IMG/VR virus record: IMGVR_UViG_3300045988_117155
From: a virus
Direction: 5' to 3' (one strand)
DNA: 43,750 bases
Numbering within the stretch: the stretch's first letter is position 1; each line of letters begins with the position of its first letter. The notes under the pieces were generated by a model that was given only the letters and a program-made list of their open reading frames with translations, searched no databases and was not told the origin of the DNA. The position numbers were made by a program, and so were the translations under genes. Below, piece after piece: positions 1 to 9,189 of the stretch.

Positions 1-99
1 GCTTTTTTGCGCCGCATATGCGTATGCGGCTGCGGACGCATAATTAAACGAAGGCAATCCAAATCCGCCTTGTTTTAAACACCATGCTACAAAGATACC
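1..99. repeat. Left copy of an exact 99-bp terminal duplication (identical to 43652-43750)
   Basis: Read directly: the strings at 1-99 and 43652-43750 are identical, and a minus-strand ORF stays in frame across the junction. This fits a circular or permuted molecule linearised with an assembly overlap. Confidence 0.9.
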
Positions 100-1200
100 G
101 CACCAAGGCACGCCGTTCATACCGAGATTCGCACCGTACGGGTTGTTGTTATCGCCCGTTTCCGTCGTTCCGATTTCACCCTCTGCCGCTTTTATGACAG
201 CTTCCGCGACTGCTGAGCCTGCCGCGCCGGCTGACCCGCTTCCGGATGTTACGCCCGAACTTGTTTCAACAATTTCAGTTACTATATTTTCTATACATTT
301 GATGTCTGTAGTCGCGGACAACCCGTCAAAGCTATGCGTGCCTTCAGAAACTCTAAAACTGCCATTACAGTCTTTGCTCGATACGTCTACGATAGCCGCT
401 GTAGCCATTCTGTGCTGAAACAGCATTTGAATCTTATAGCCGGTTACATTGTCCTTATATTCTTCATTTGTATTTTCCTCTTCAAATTGCTCGGGGCTGC
501 CTATCATTCCGGTCTCGGCGCATACTGTAAAATGTATATTGTCACCTTGCCAAATGGGGCGGCAGTAAATTTGGAGTTTATGTATGTATACTGATACGCC
601 GCATATGTCGGCGTACTTTTTAATTGCTTCCGTTATACTTCCTTTCACAGATTCATCTTTGTCGTATTTGTGGTCTCGCTGAATTTCAAATACTGCAATA
701 TTCAAATTTAACTTTTCAAGCAAGGTTTTTAAAATATAACTCGCAGTCGTGCCACTCGTAAAAGTCTGTTCAACAATATCAAGGTCTTCGTAGTCTGCGT
801 TGTCCAAAACATAAACCGTTGTAATCTTATCGACTCCGCTATGCTTTGTTTTGACAGCTGATATTTTACCATTTAAAACAATTCCCGTGTCCGCACCGTA
901 GCCGGCCGTAATCGTCAGCGTATTACCTTTTCTGAAATTATTAAGTGTCTGCTGCGATAAATTATAAATTTTAATTTCAGCCTCATTCGGCACAGTATCG
1001 TCGTCAAACGGTATATCAAACTCAAAATCAAATTCTTTACTGTCTAATATAGTTTTATCTGTCTCTATTACAGCCGAAAATCCAAATTGTCCTTCCGGGA
1101 TAGCAGGAGCTATATTTTCACTTGATAGCGCAAGATTTAAGGCCGTTATAAGCCGCGACGTACTTGACGTACTGCCGTTTTCAAATACTCTTTCACTCAT
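1..1200 (-). CDS. Baseplate hub / tail-associated lysin (XkdQ/gpD-like position), N-terminal about 400 aa. The ORF runs off the left edge and continues in frame at 43651 -> 43421, about 476 aa in total.
   Basis: ATG at 1200 overlaps the TGA of the upstream gene (ATGA). There is no stop down to base 1. The frame (coordinate mod 3 = 0) matches the 43421..43708 ORF through the 99-bp overlap. Translation near the edge reads ...NPYGANLGMNGVPWCGIFVAWCLKQGG, a CHAP/NlpC-P60-type catalytic Cys region. The + strand ORFs 143..418 and 334..594 are antisense artefacts. Confidence 0.8.
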   Translation of the reverse strand, partial: MSERVFENGSTSSTSRLITALNLALSSENIAPAIPEGQFGFSAVIETDKTILDSKEFDFEFDIPFDDDTVPNEAEIKIYNLSQQTLNNFRKGNTLTITAGYGADTGIVLNGKISAVKTKHSGVDKITTVYVLDNADYEDLDIVEQTFTSGTTASYILKTLLEKLNLNIAVFEIQRDHKYDKDESVKGSITEAIKKYADICGVSVYIHKLQIYCRPIWQGDNIHFTVCAETGMIGSPEQFEEENTNEEYKDNVTGYKIQMLFQHRMATAAIVDVSSKDCNGSFRVSEGTHSFDGLSATTDIKCIENIVTEIVETSSGVTSGSGSAGAAGSAVAEAVIKAAEGEIGTTETGDNNNPYGANLGMNGVPWCGIFVAWCLKQGGFGLPSFNYASAAAYAYAAQKS

Positions 1201-1523
1201 ACCATACCACCTGCATTATTGACTTCTAAGAACACTGTCTCGTTAAAATTAGCCCATGTAACTCTTGAATTTTCGCAGCTGTTATCGACCGGAATTATAG
1301 TCAACGTAGGATATGTGCTCGGCTGGTAGAGTTGTTTAAAAAGCGGTACGCCGTATATAATTGGCTCAATACAAATCAGCGTATCATTTTTATATAAGCT
1401 GATAGTAAATAAATCGGCTGTTGTGTTGTACCTGATTTCAAGCTCAAACATTGTCGACGGCAGAGCGATTGAAAACCGGTATGGAATGTTTGCTTTTTTA
1501 ATTAAGATTCTATCTTTTTTCAT
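1197..1523 (-). CDS. Small tail/baseplate-module protein (108 aa counted from ATG 1523)
   Basis: ATG 1523 overlaps the upstream stop (TAATG), and its own TGA overlaps the next ATG. It is therefore translationally coupled inside the tail module. No recognisable motif. Confidence 0.6.
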   Translation of the reverse strand: MKKDRILIKKANIPYRFSIALPSTMFELEIRYNTTADLFTISLYKNDTLICIEPIIYGVPLFKQLYQPSTYPTLTIIPVDNSCENSRVTWANFNETVFLEVNNAGGMV

Positions 1524-2599
1524 TATCTGTACCCCAACAAAATTTTCTCGTAAGCCTTTAAAGTAGTGCAATCGTTCGGAACATCAAAAGCGTGCGGATT
1601 CTTTTGCATTATCCAATCGATAGTTGTATACGCCGTACCGTCAATAGGTTCTCTTTTCAAATTACGATATTCTGAAATTAAGTTATAAAGACTGTCGCCA
1701 AGCTGAACTTCGTACCACATTTCTGAGTTGTCGCCCTGCGATATTTGCTGCGTGCCGCCGTTCGCGCCGGCATAACTATTCGCGGCGCCTTTAAATTCGC
1801 GAAGCGTCATACTAAAGTCAGCACCGCCGGTCACTGTATTAGGGTGCTCAGAATTAAAACTGCGTATTTGATAATTCGCAAGATAATTTCTGCCTTCATA
1901 TACAACTAAAGCGCCATTTTTTTGCCAGTTTTTCAGGCAGTCAAGCACCCATGCCGCACTTTTTTCTTCACTTGAACTTATTACGTTAGTCTCCATATCG
2001 TAATTAGTGAATTCCGTTCGCACTCTGCCAGATTCTCCGTTATATGTATTAGATAGTACAAAATCATTTATAATTTCGGAGTCCGCGTCATAGTCGCGTA
2101 CATTGTAGCCGGTTGTGCTTTTGTTGATAATATTAAAGCAGCAATATTGTTTAAAAGCATTTTGTATTCTTATGGTTGAGGCATATGGCATTACCATTTC
2201 AAACCTAACCGTATAAATTTTTGTACTTTCGGCCGCACTGCAATTTATAACATTATCATTCTCGTCTAAATATCGAATATCGCCGCTATCGCGCCAATTT
2301 GCGCCGCCGTAAAAAGCAAGCACCTCATTATTCAATCTGTCAAAGCTCATTGTATCAAAAGCGGAACCGTCTCGCTTTACAAGACTAAGCCAAGCGTTAA
2401 TTGATTTTTGCTCTTTTTTGTTTTCTGATGTATGCGCAGTATAATTTACAATTTTACCGGACAATGACGCCTCAGCAGGCTTAATTTTTATATGGTCCGT
2501 TATATCGGACCCGTTTTCGATTGAGTGTTCAGACGCCTCAGCTTCTGTATTAATGCTTTCATTTGTTACATGAATATAGATACCATTTATCAAGGCCAT
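1523..2599 (-). CDS. Tail/baseplate protein with a C-terminal LysM-like segment (XkdP-like position)
   Basis: 358 aa, directly downstream of the tape measure. The C-terminus (...YEVQLGDSLYNLISEYRNL...KILLG) resembles a LysM peptidoglycan-binding motif. Confidence 0.6.
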   Translation of the reverse strand: MALINGIYIHVTNESINTEAEASEHSIENGSDITDHIKIKPAEASLSGKIVNYTAHTSENKKEQKSINAWLSLVKRDGSAFDTMSFDRLNNEVLAFYGGANWRDSGDIRYLDENDNVINCSAAESTKIYTVRFEMVMPYASTIRIQNAFKQYCCFNIINKSTTGYNVRDYDADSEIINDFVLSNTYNGESGRVRTEFTNYDMETNVISSSEEKSAAWVLDCLKNWQKNGALVVYEGRNYLANYQIRSFNSEHPNTVTGGADFSMTLREFKGAANSYAGANGGTQQISQGDNSEMWYEVQLGDSLYNLISEYRNLKREPIDGTAYTTIDWIMQKNPHAFDVPNDCTTLKAYEKILLGYR

Positions 2600-2624
2600 T
2601 TTTATTTCAGTCCTTTCTAAAAAT

Positions 2625-5600
2625 TTAGAGTACCTGTACCGCTCTTTGCTTACGGCGCATTGACTCGTCCGCGGCTTCCAAGGCTTCCAGTACCCAGCGT
2701 TTTACTGTTCTTTCCGTTGTTCTGTCATTTTCACTGACTGCACCGTGAATATCAAGCTGGAACACAGGCGCGATTGTAGTATCGCCGCCGTAAAAAGTTC
2801 TTGCCATTCTGCTGTTCTCCGGCGAATATGCTTGTAATTCCACGTCCATGGAAGCGCCTACACTTGACGCTACCCCCCGCGCGGTTGTCTCTGCTTGCGG
2901 AATAGTATTTTTCATACCTACAACAAGCCCTTGAACTGCAAATGCTCCGGTTTTCATTGTAACCCTCGACGGCGAATGAATATCAAGCGCCGCATTCATA
3001 GTTGATGATATAGACCGCGCTATAGACTGTGCCTGCGTCAAGACCGCGCTTGAACGCGATTGCATACCTCTTAGCAAACCGTTCATTATATTCGCGCCTG
3101 TCGAATTTAAGTTTACAGAGCTGAATGCCGATTTAATACCGCTCGCGCAGTTTCTCGCCTGCGATACAATACGCGTACACACTGCCGCTATTCTATTTCC
3201 GCAAGCCGTAAATGTCGTAACAATTTTTTGACACGCCACGGTTACGGCTGTATTAAGCGTGTTAAAGTCTATACATACCGTAGTTAAACCAGAATTTATA
3301 GTAAGTAAAGCTCCCGCGGCAACAACTGATGACGCCGCTAAAATTTGAAATGCACTTGCCAAGCCCGGAACTTCTCCTGTCAACGCCGTTATTGGCGCCA
3401 TAAGACCCAAAAACAAAATGGGCAGCAATACGATATTTGCCGCCAAAGATACAAATGAGACGGCTAATTGCAACAGCGCTGTCATAAGTTGCTGGGTTGG
3501 GTTAATGACACTAAAAAACATCTGGGGAAGTGAAGCTACTCCCGATACGAGCGTTAATAAACTCACAGTTATAATAATTATAGACGCACCCGCAGTTGAC
3601 GCGGCTTCGTTAAGGCCCACAAGTGCTGAAACTAATGTTTGCAAACCTTGACCTGTCTGCATAACTTCATTACCGTGCGCTGCCAGTTCACCAAGGCCAT
3701 CGCCTAAGGCTATAAGCGATTTTCCAAGGTCTATAACCGACAATGAAGATATTATCTTTAACCCGTTTGCGGTGCGTTCAAAGCCTATTCCTGCATTTAA
3801 AGCGGCATTTCCAATCGAGTCGAATATACCGGCCACAGCATTTAATACTGAAGAAATAGCGTTTCCTATACCTTCAATTATAGATTTTACGCCTTCGCCA
3901 AATTTCAAAAATATATTGCCTATACTATCCAAAATTCCACTTATAGCACTGCCTGCGGCAGTAATGTAATTTACAAGTATATTACCGATTGAATTCACAA
4001 TAGTATTTACGACTTCGCCTACAACTGCAACAAGATTTATAAGCGGAGGCACCATTATTTGAATTGCTGCTGCAAACAATACCGCGCCTGCGCCTGCCAA
4101 AAGCATTCCCGCTCCAAAAGCTATAAAACCAATCGCTCCTGCGGTAAGTGCCGGACCAAGAGCCGCCGCAAGAACCATTATACCGGCTATCGCTAAAACC
4201 ATACCAGCCATAACGCCTATTGCCAAAGGTCCGGCTGCGGCTAACGCTACCGCCGAGTTCACAAGCAGCGCAAAACTTACAGCAATTAGTATCAGCGCTC
4301 CGCCAAGTATCGCCATAGCCGCCGCGCCCTGAATCGCGCTTACGCCCATAGTGCTAAGCGATTTTAAGAGTAGCATCATGCCTACGCCAAGCGCGGCAAC
4401 CGCAACAACCATACCGCCCATAACTCCGATTGCAAGCGGTCCGGCTTGCGCCAAAGAGATAGCTGAGTTTGCAAGTATTGCAAAAGCTACAGCAATCGCA
4501 AGAACACCTACGGCTATTAGCACAAAAGCCTTAGCCGAAGACAATAATTTTTGAGAACTGCCTGACGCTGCGTTCCCGGTATCATTCATACCTTTTGCAG
4601 TTTTGCTAAGGTCGTCTCCCATTTTGCCACCCTTGATTTTATCAGCCAAACTTTTGAACGGAGACATAAACGATTTTATATGTCCCGCCGCAGTTTTTAC
4701 TATACTAAATCCCTTAAAGGCTAAAACCGCGCCGATTATAAACGGAATAGCTTTTCCTATACTGTCGGCGCAGTTTTTAATTAAAGAGCCGAAAGATTTT
4801 ATAATTGGGAACGAATCCCCGAATGTGTCTACAACTGCCTGAACGAGTTCTTTAATAATACCCGGCAGCTCTTCCTTAAGGCTTTTTATAATTGACGGTA
4901 AAGCTTTTATAACACCCTGAACGACAGAACCGACAGCTTTTAAAAGCGGAGGCAAAATCTTTTCTGCTAATGCCGGAAACTCCGTAGCGATTACAGGCGC
5001 AAGGTCATCAATTAAAGCGCCTATACCATTAAGCGCTCCGCCTATTGCCGGAAGAACATTTTTACCGAACGTTTTCGCCGAATCTATCATATTTGTGATA
5101 CATTGGTCGAAGTTGTCTCCTCCTATAACAAAAGCCGTAAGAAGATTGCCCCAAGCCGCTTTCATCGAAGCGGCAGAGCCTTGTATTGTTGTAGCCGCCT
5201 CTTGCGCTGTAGTTCCGGTAATACCGAGCTTACCCTGAATTACGTCAATAGCCGAAAACACATCGGCTAAATTATTTATGTCATACTTAACGCCGGAAAA
5301 TTTTTGTGCGTCTTTTAGCAAGCGCTCCATTTCAGTTTTTGTACCGCCGTAGCCGAGCTTCAGGTTGTCAAGCATAGTATAATTCTGTTTAGCAAAGCCC
5401 TGATACGCATCTTGTATAGCTTCCATTGGAGTACCCATTTTATTGGCGTTATCTGCCATAGCTATAATTGCTTTATCGGCCGCTTCGCCCGCGGCTTTAA
5501 TTCCTTCCGGTGTTTGGTCGAAGCTTTGTTTAAGGGACGCAGAAAATGAAGTTACCGTTTCCATATAGTCGTTCGCTGATAGTCCTGCCGTTTTATAGGC

Positions 5601-6251
5601 GTTGCTTGCATTTTGCAGAACGCTGTTTTGCGAAGTGATAAGTCCGTCATATTCGCCTCTTATAGAATCGACAGTTTTACCGACTGACGCCGCGTAATCT
5701 TCTATCCCAAGTCCGCCAGCACCAAATAGAGTTTCAACGCCGCCTTTAAGCTGCTCATAATCTCCGTATGCTTTTACGGATAGCCCTGTCAGTGTGGCAA
5801 CTCCTCCTGCAGCAAGACCAACGCCTTTTGCCGCAAAACTCGCCGCTTTCTTGATTCCCGAGCCCAAAGCGTCGGAAACGGATTTTATACCGGACTTAAG
5901 CTTATCAAAGCTGACATTCGCCGCCTCTTTAAGTTTGACCGCAAATGCGGAAGCCCCGGCTTTTACTTTATCGAACGATATTTTCTTTACTTCTTTAAGC
6001 TTATTTGTAAATGACGACGCTTTACCTTCGCCACTTTTCAAAGCGTCAGCGGTTTTATTAACGTCGCTTGCGACTTTGCTTACTCCGTTGCTCGCGCTGC
6101 TCGCCGATTTTTTAAGGTCTTTATACGGGTCACCGACTCCGCCGCCGGCAAGCTTTTTGATATTACTCATATCGTTTGCGAGCTTATCCAAGGCGTCAGC
6201 GTTATTTACCTGAACGTCAACCTCAATAGAATTTTGACTTATACTATCCAT
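2625..6251 (-). CDS. Tail tape measure protein (about 1208 aa from ATG 6251)
   Basis: Very long ORF after the chaperone pair. It has a Gly/Ala-rich helical N-terminus and an internally duplicated hydrophobic block (AGPLAIGVMxGMV appears twice). RBS GGTGAGG lies 5 nt upstream of ATG 6251. The 6305 start in the ORF track overlaps the previous gene and is less likely. Confidence 0.9.
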   Translation of the reverse strand: MDSISQNSIEVDVQVNNADALDKLANDMSNIKKLAGGGVGDPYKDLKKSASSASNGVSKVASDVNKTADALKSGEGKASSFTNKLKEVKKISFDKVKAGASAFAVKLKEAANVSFDKLKSGIKSVSDALGSGIKKAASFAAKGVGLAAGGVATLTGLSVKAYGDYEQLKGGVETLFGAGGLGIEDYAASVGKTVDSIRGEYDGLITSQNSVLQNASNAYKTAGLSANDYMETVTSFSASLKQSFDQTPEGIKAAGEAADKAIIAMADNANKMGTPMEAIQDAYQGFAKQNYTMLDNLKLGYGGTKTEMERLLKDAQKFSGVKYDINNLADVFSAIDVIQGKLGITGTTAQEAATTIQGSAASMKAAWGNLLTAFVIGGDNFDQCITNMIDSAKTFGKNVLPAIGGALNGIGALIDDLAPVIATEFPALAEKILPPLLKAVGSVVQGVIKALPSIIKSLKEELPGIIKELVQAVVDTFGDSFPIIKSFGSLIKNCADSIGKAIPFIIGAVLAFKGFSIVKTAAGHIKSFMSPFKSLADKIKGGKMGDDLSKTAKGMNDTGNAASGSSQKLLSSAKAFVLIAVGVLAIAVAFAILANSAISLAQAGPLAIGVMGGMVVAVAALGVGMMLLLKSLSTMGVSAIQGAAAMAILGGALILIAVSFALLVNSAVALAAAGPLAIGVMAGMVLAIAGIMVLAAALGPALTAGAIGFIAFGAGMLLAGAGAVLFAAAIQIMVPPLINLVAVVGEVVNTIVNSIGNILVNYITAAGSAISGILDSIGNIFLKFGEGVKSIIEGIGNAISSVLNAVAGIFDSIGNAALNAGIGFERTANGLKIISSLSVIDLGKSLIALGDGLGELAAHGNEVMQTGQGLQTLVSALVGLNEAASTAGASIIIITVSLLTLVSGVASLPQMFFSVINPTQQLMTALLQLAVSFVSLAANIVLLPILFLGLMAPITALTGEVPGLASAFQILAASSVVAAGALLTINSGLTTVCIDFNTLNTAVTVACQKIVTTFTACGNRIAAVCTRIVSQARNCASGIKSAFSSVNLNSTGANIMNGLLRGMQSRSSAVLTQAQSIARSISSTMNAALDIHSPSRVTMKTGAFAVQGLVVGMKNTIPQAETTARGVASSVGASMDVELQAYSPENSRMARTFYGGDTTIAPVFQLDIHGAVSENDRTTERTVKRWVLEALEAADESMRRKQRAVQVL

Positions 6252-6255
6252 TTCC

Positions 6256-6431
6256 TCACCGCCCTTTCTTAGACTTGCTCTCGATTTGCTTGATAGCCTT
6301 ATCAAGCGCGATATTTGCCTCTAAGACCTCTTGTGGGGTCATGTGATTAAATACATAGTCATGTGTAAAGTTGCCAATATCGCTGAATACGAGTCTCCAG
6401 TATGCCCAATTATTTGTTACCCTTTTCTTTA
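6256..6431 (-). CDS. Frameshift extension of the tail assembly chaperone (gpT-like part), lying in the +1 frame relative to 6410..6715
   Basis: ORF 6256..6498 overlaps the 3' end of 6410..6715 and has no RBS or start of its own. It ends (TGA 6256) 5 nt before the tape-measure ATG. Position and layout match the G/GT chaperone pair of long-tailed phages. Confidence 0.55.
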
Positions 6432-6715
6432 GCGCCGCTTTGCTCTTCCGGCTCCCGAAAGTTGCCCTGCATAACCTCACGACCAAAGTCAAGAACATTG
6501 TTTAATTTTTCCGCATTCTCAAAGGAATCAATGTCAACTCGCGGAGCTACGATAACGTTTTCAAGAATATACTTCGCCATTTTCAAAGAAGAAGTATTGC
6601 TTGAACCGTCTATATAGCTGTTGTCAACGGCTTCAAGCGCTGCTGAAAGTCCGTTAAACTGTGCTGTATATTCAACGCCATCAATTATCTTTTTTACTGT
6701 CTTAAATTTTTCCAT
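6410..6715 (-). CDS. Tail assembly chaperone (gpG / XkdN-like position)
   Basis: 101 aa with an acidic C-terminus. It lies between the tube gene and the tape measure. RBS AGGAGG is 9 nt upstream of the ATG. Confidence 0.7.
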   Translation of the reverse strand: MEKFKTVKKIIDGVEYTAQFNGLSAALEAVDNSYIDGSSNTSSLKMAKYILENVIVAPRVDIDSFENAEKLNNVLDFGREVMQGNFREPEEQSGAKEKGNK

Positions 6716-6772
6716 TTCAAAAGTCCTCCTAATATAATTTCAAGGCGGCTATCATCTGCCGCCCTTATACGC

Positions 6773-7171
6773 TTACGCTGTATATGAATAATCAAATACC
6801 TTAAATGTAAATTCACCGTCAGCATGCTCCATGCCGTTCTCTGACGCTGGATAGTTTTCAAGAGCCGCCTGCGTACCGCCGAATACTTCGCCTGTATTAC
6901 TGTTTCGGCACCAAAGCGGAAACTTCTCTCTTCTCTTAGCCAAGCCGAGCAAATACGCATACTGCGGACTTGTCTTCTGTACGGTAATTGTTACCGTGCC
7001 GAGGTCATTGTTTGTAACGCTGACAACGCAGTCGCCCTGTACGCCGTATGATGTAGAGAAAAACGCTTCGTCTTTTTCACCTGACGCACCGTCTTCACCG
7101 AGGCCGGTAATATTTACATTGTTTACTGTGACAATTAAATCTTTACTGTCAAATGTAGTAATATTCGCCAT
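6773..7171 (-). CDS. Tail tube protein
   Basis: 132 aa, immediately downstream of the sheath gene, beta-rich sequence, strong RBS. Its position matches XkdM or DUF3277-type tube proteins. Confidence 0.65.
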   Translation of the reverse strand: MANITTFDSKDLIVTVNNVNITGLGEDGASGEKDEAFFSTSYGVQGDCVVSVTNNDLGTVTITVQKTSPQYAYLLGLAKRREKFPLWCRNSNTGEVFGGTQAALENYPASENGMEHADGEFTFKVFDYSYTA

Positions 7172-7186
7172 CTCTTCTTCCTCCTA

Positions 7187-8170
7187 TTAAATTGAAATTT
7201 CGCCGTTTACAACAACAGTATGAATCGCTCCGGCAAGCTCAAAGCTGAATTTACCGCCGACATATTTACGCTCAACTCTGTCAGTGCTGCTTTGGTCTTC
7301 GCGCAACGCGTAATCTGTACTGTATAAGTAGCTTCCTGATTCCGTATCATACGCAACCATTCCCATATTTGCCGCCTCTTTAAGAACAGTCAAGCAAACA
7401 TTTTCAAGCATTGCAATACCCGCGTTATCGTACGGCACCTTAGGCATTGTATTAAGCAGCTTTTGCGTACGATAAATAATCTGACTGATTATCCAATCTT
7501 TGCAATCGATTATATCGATATATTCGCCGCTCATTGCTTTGCCTTCCGAGGTTACATTATCCCCGGCTTTTGTTACAAAGGTAAGTCCGTTTGCGCCATG
7601 AATTTCCCTTAAGTCCGCTTCGCTAAATACCATAGGCTCAATGCCCGTCAGAATTAAATTCTTATAGGTAAAGCCGCCCGGATTTAAACCTGACGCCTCA
7701 CCCACAAGAGCTGCTGCCGCCAAAGGGTTAGAGTGGACAAAACCGACAACTCTATCATTAGTCCCTAACTTTGCAAGTCCCGCCGCATCAGGTACCACAA
7801 CAAAAATCATTTTATCGTCAGTCGCATTTATATAATCTATTACAGAAGACAGCGCCGCCGTTTCTGCGCCAACTATAACCAATCTGCGCCAGCCCTTATC
7901 AGCATTCGCCGTAAGAGTTTCTACAGCCGCGTCTGCGGATTCCGCCCCCACAATAGCAATGCTTGAAGGTTTATCAGTCTGCGAAAACATAAGAGACGCC
8001 GCCTTATATGTATCAGTAGTGTCTTTATACCCTGCGTCAACAACGTCTGCAATCTCAAAACACTCTTTATATTCCACAGCTTTTCCTATTGTTAAGATAA
8101 GCGGAATACCAAAGCCCAACTTACCGGCGGGCTTTCTAATGTCTATTTTTACTGTAACATCATTAGCCAT
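7187..8170 (-). CDS. Tail sheath protein (short form, 327 aa)
   Basis: Precedes the tube and chaperone genes. The size and sequence character fit the short sheath family found in PBSX-like and DUF3383-type tails. Confidence 0.65.
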   Translation of the reverse strand: MANDVTVKIDIRKPAGKLGFGIPLILTIGKAVEYKECFEIADVVDAGYKDTTDTYKAASLMFSQTDKPSSIAIVGAESADAAVETLTANADKGWRRLVIVGAETAALSSVIDYINATDDKMIFVVVPDAAGLAKLGTNDRVVGFVHSNPLAAAALVGEASGLNPGGFTYKNLILTGIEPMVFSEADLREIHGANGLTFVTKAGDNVTSEGKAMSGEYIDIIDCKDWIISQIIYRTQKLLNTMPKVPYDNAGIAMLENVCLTVLKEAANMGMVAYDTESGSYLYSTDYALREDQSSTDRVERKYVGGKFSFELAGAIHTVVVNGEISI

Positions 8171-8327
8171 TTTTCTTTTCCTTCTTTCCTTCGATTTTTT
8201 GTCCTTCCGCTTTCAATGCGGCAATCTCTTTTTTGAGCGCTACATTTTCGGCTTCCAGTGTTTTGCATTTAGAGCATAATTCCATATACTCTTTATGCGT
8301 TATTTTTACAACAACATCATTCGTCAT
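8163..8327 (-). CDS. Small coiled-coil ORF (54 aa), below the ORF-track length cutoff
   Basis: GGAGG lies 8 nt upstream of ATG 8327. The start overlaps the upstream stop and the stop overlaps the sheath ATG. Translation: MTNDVVVKITHKEYMELCSKCKTLEAENVALKKEIAALKAEGQKIEGKKEKKNG. Confidence 0.5.
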   Translation of the reverse strand: MTNDVVVKITHKEYMELCSKCKTLEAENVALKKEIAALKAEGQKIEGKKEKKNG

Positions 8328-8820
8328 TTATATTTCCTCCGTCTTTTATATACTGCCCGTCAATTTCTGCGCTTTCAATTACATCATCTTCTGAGTATTC
8401 TTGCGTATTCATAATACCGAGCTGAACATCAAAGCCTTGCCGGTGTTCGTAGTCCACTGTAATCAAGGTATCGCGCGGCGTAACCTCGCCAACTTTTTCG
8501 ATTACAATTCCATTGTCTTTGAGCCATATCACACCGCTTTTAGAGAAAAAATCATGAGCCAAAAGCGCCAGCTTTGCGCAGGTGATATATTTTTCTGCGT
8601 TTACAGTTATGCTCCAAACTTGGCGCGCGGGTATTCTATCAATGCCGTTTCCTATACGCTGCCACGTTCCTTCTGAATTTTTAAGCAAAGACTGAATTGT
8701 ATAACTACAAAACGGAAGCTTTGGCAATGTTCGGGGCGTATTACTGCGAATCACAGGAACGCCCAAAGTATCTTTTAAACCGCAAACTATCGTTTGCCGT
8801 ATTTTATCAACATCAATCAT
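8317..8820 (-). CDS. Tail completion / tail terminator-like protein (call by position)
   Basis: 167 aa, the last gene before the sheath, overlapping the upstream gene by 4 nt. Confidence 0.5.
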   Translation of the reverse strand: MIDVDKIRQTIVCGLKDTLGVPVIRSNTPRTLPKLPFCSYTIQSLLKNSEGTWQRIGNGIDRIPARQVWSITVNAEKYITCAKLALLAHDFFSKSGVIWLKDNGIVIEKVGEVTPRDTLITVDYEHRQGFDVQLGIMNTQEYSEDDVIESAEIDGQYIKDGGNINDE

Positions 8821-9188
8821 CTTTGCAGCCTCCTAAATACGCTTACCCATTTTAAGTGATACCTGTATACACCTGTAAACTCTGCGTCGTCAGCTCCGGT
8901 AGAATCCTCAACCGTATAAACATTATCTTTAAATATTATTTCTGCGCCGAGCATAGCATTGTCAATAGGTGTAAGCATATACAGTATTTTATCTTTTTCC
9001 GTATATACACCGTCCTGCTGATATAGCTTAACGTCGCGCACCGATAAAATTGCGCCGGTCATTGAGATAACCGCATTTTCGGACGCCACCCATTCGCCTA
9101 AATCATCGTAAGTACCTTCTGCTTTCAGCTCACAAGTGAATGGTCTGCTATACTTACGAATCAACCGCGAAAAATTAAAATACTGCAT
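8817..9188 (-). CDS. Head-tail adaptor / head closure protein (call by position)
   Basis: 123 aa beta-rich protein in the connector cluster between the gp10-like gene and the tail terminator. Confidence 0.5.
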   Translation of the reverse strand: MQYFNFSRLIRKYSRPFTCELKAEGTYDDLGEWVASENAVISMTGAILSVRDVKLYQQDGVYTEKDKILYMLTPIDNAMLGAEIIFKDNVYTVEDSTGADDAEFTGVYRYHLKWVSVFRRLQR

Positions 9189-9189
9189 A

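Noticed and set aside
3418-6213. Five plus-strand ORFs (65-139 aa) inside the tape-measure gene
   Set aside because: They are antisense to a 1208-aa gene with biased Ala/Gly/Leu/Ile/Ser composition. They have no RBS and give low-complexity translations.
6694-6960. 88-aa minus-strand ORF overlapping the tube gene. Similar alternative-frame ORFs occur at 10592..11026, 16071..16346, 21159..21803, 24300..25283 and 30510..30982.
   Set aside because: All lie inside longer, motif-supported genes in other frames or on the opposite strand, and none has its own RBS.
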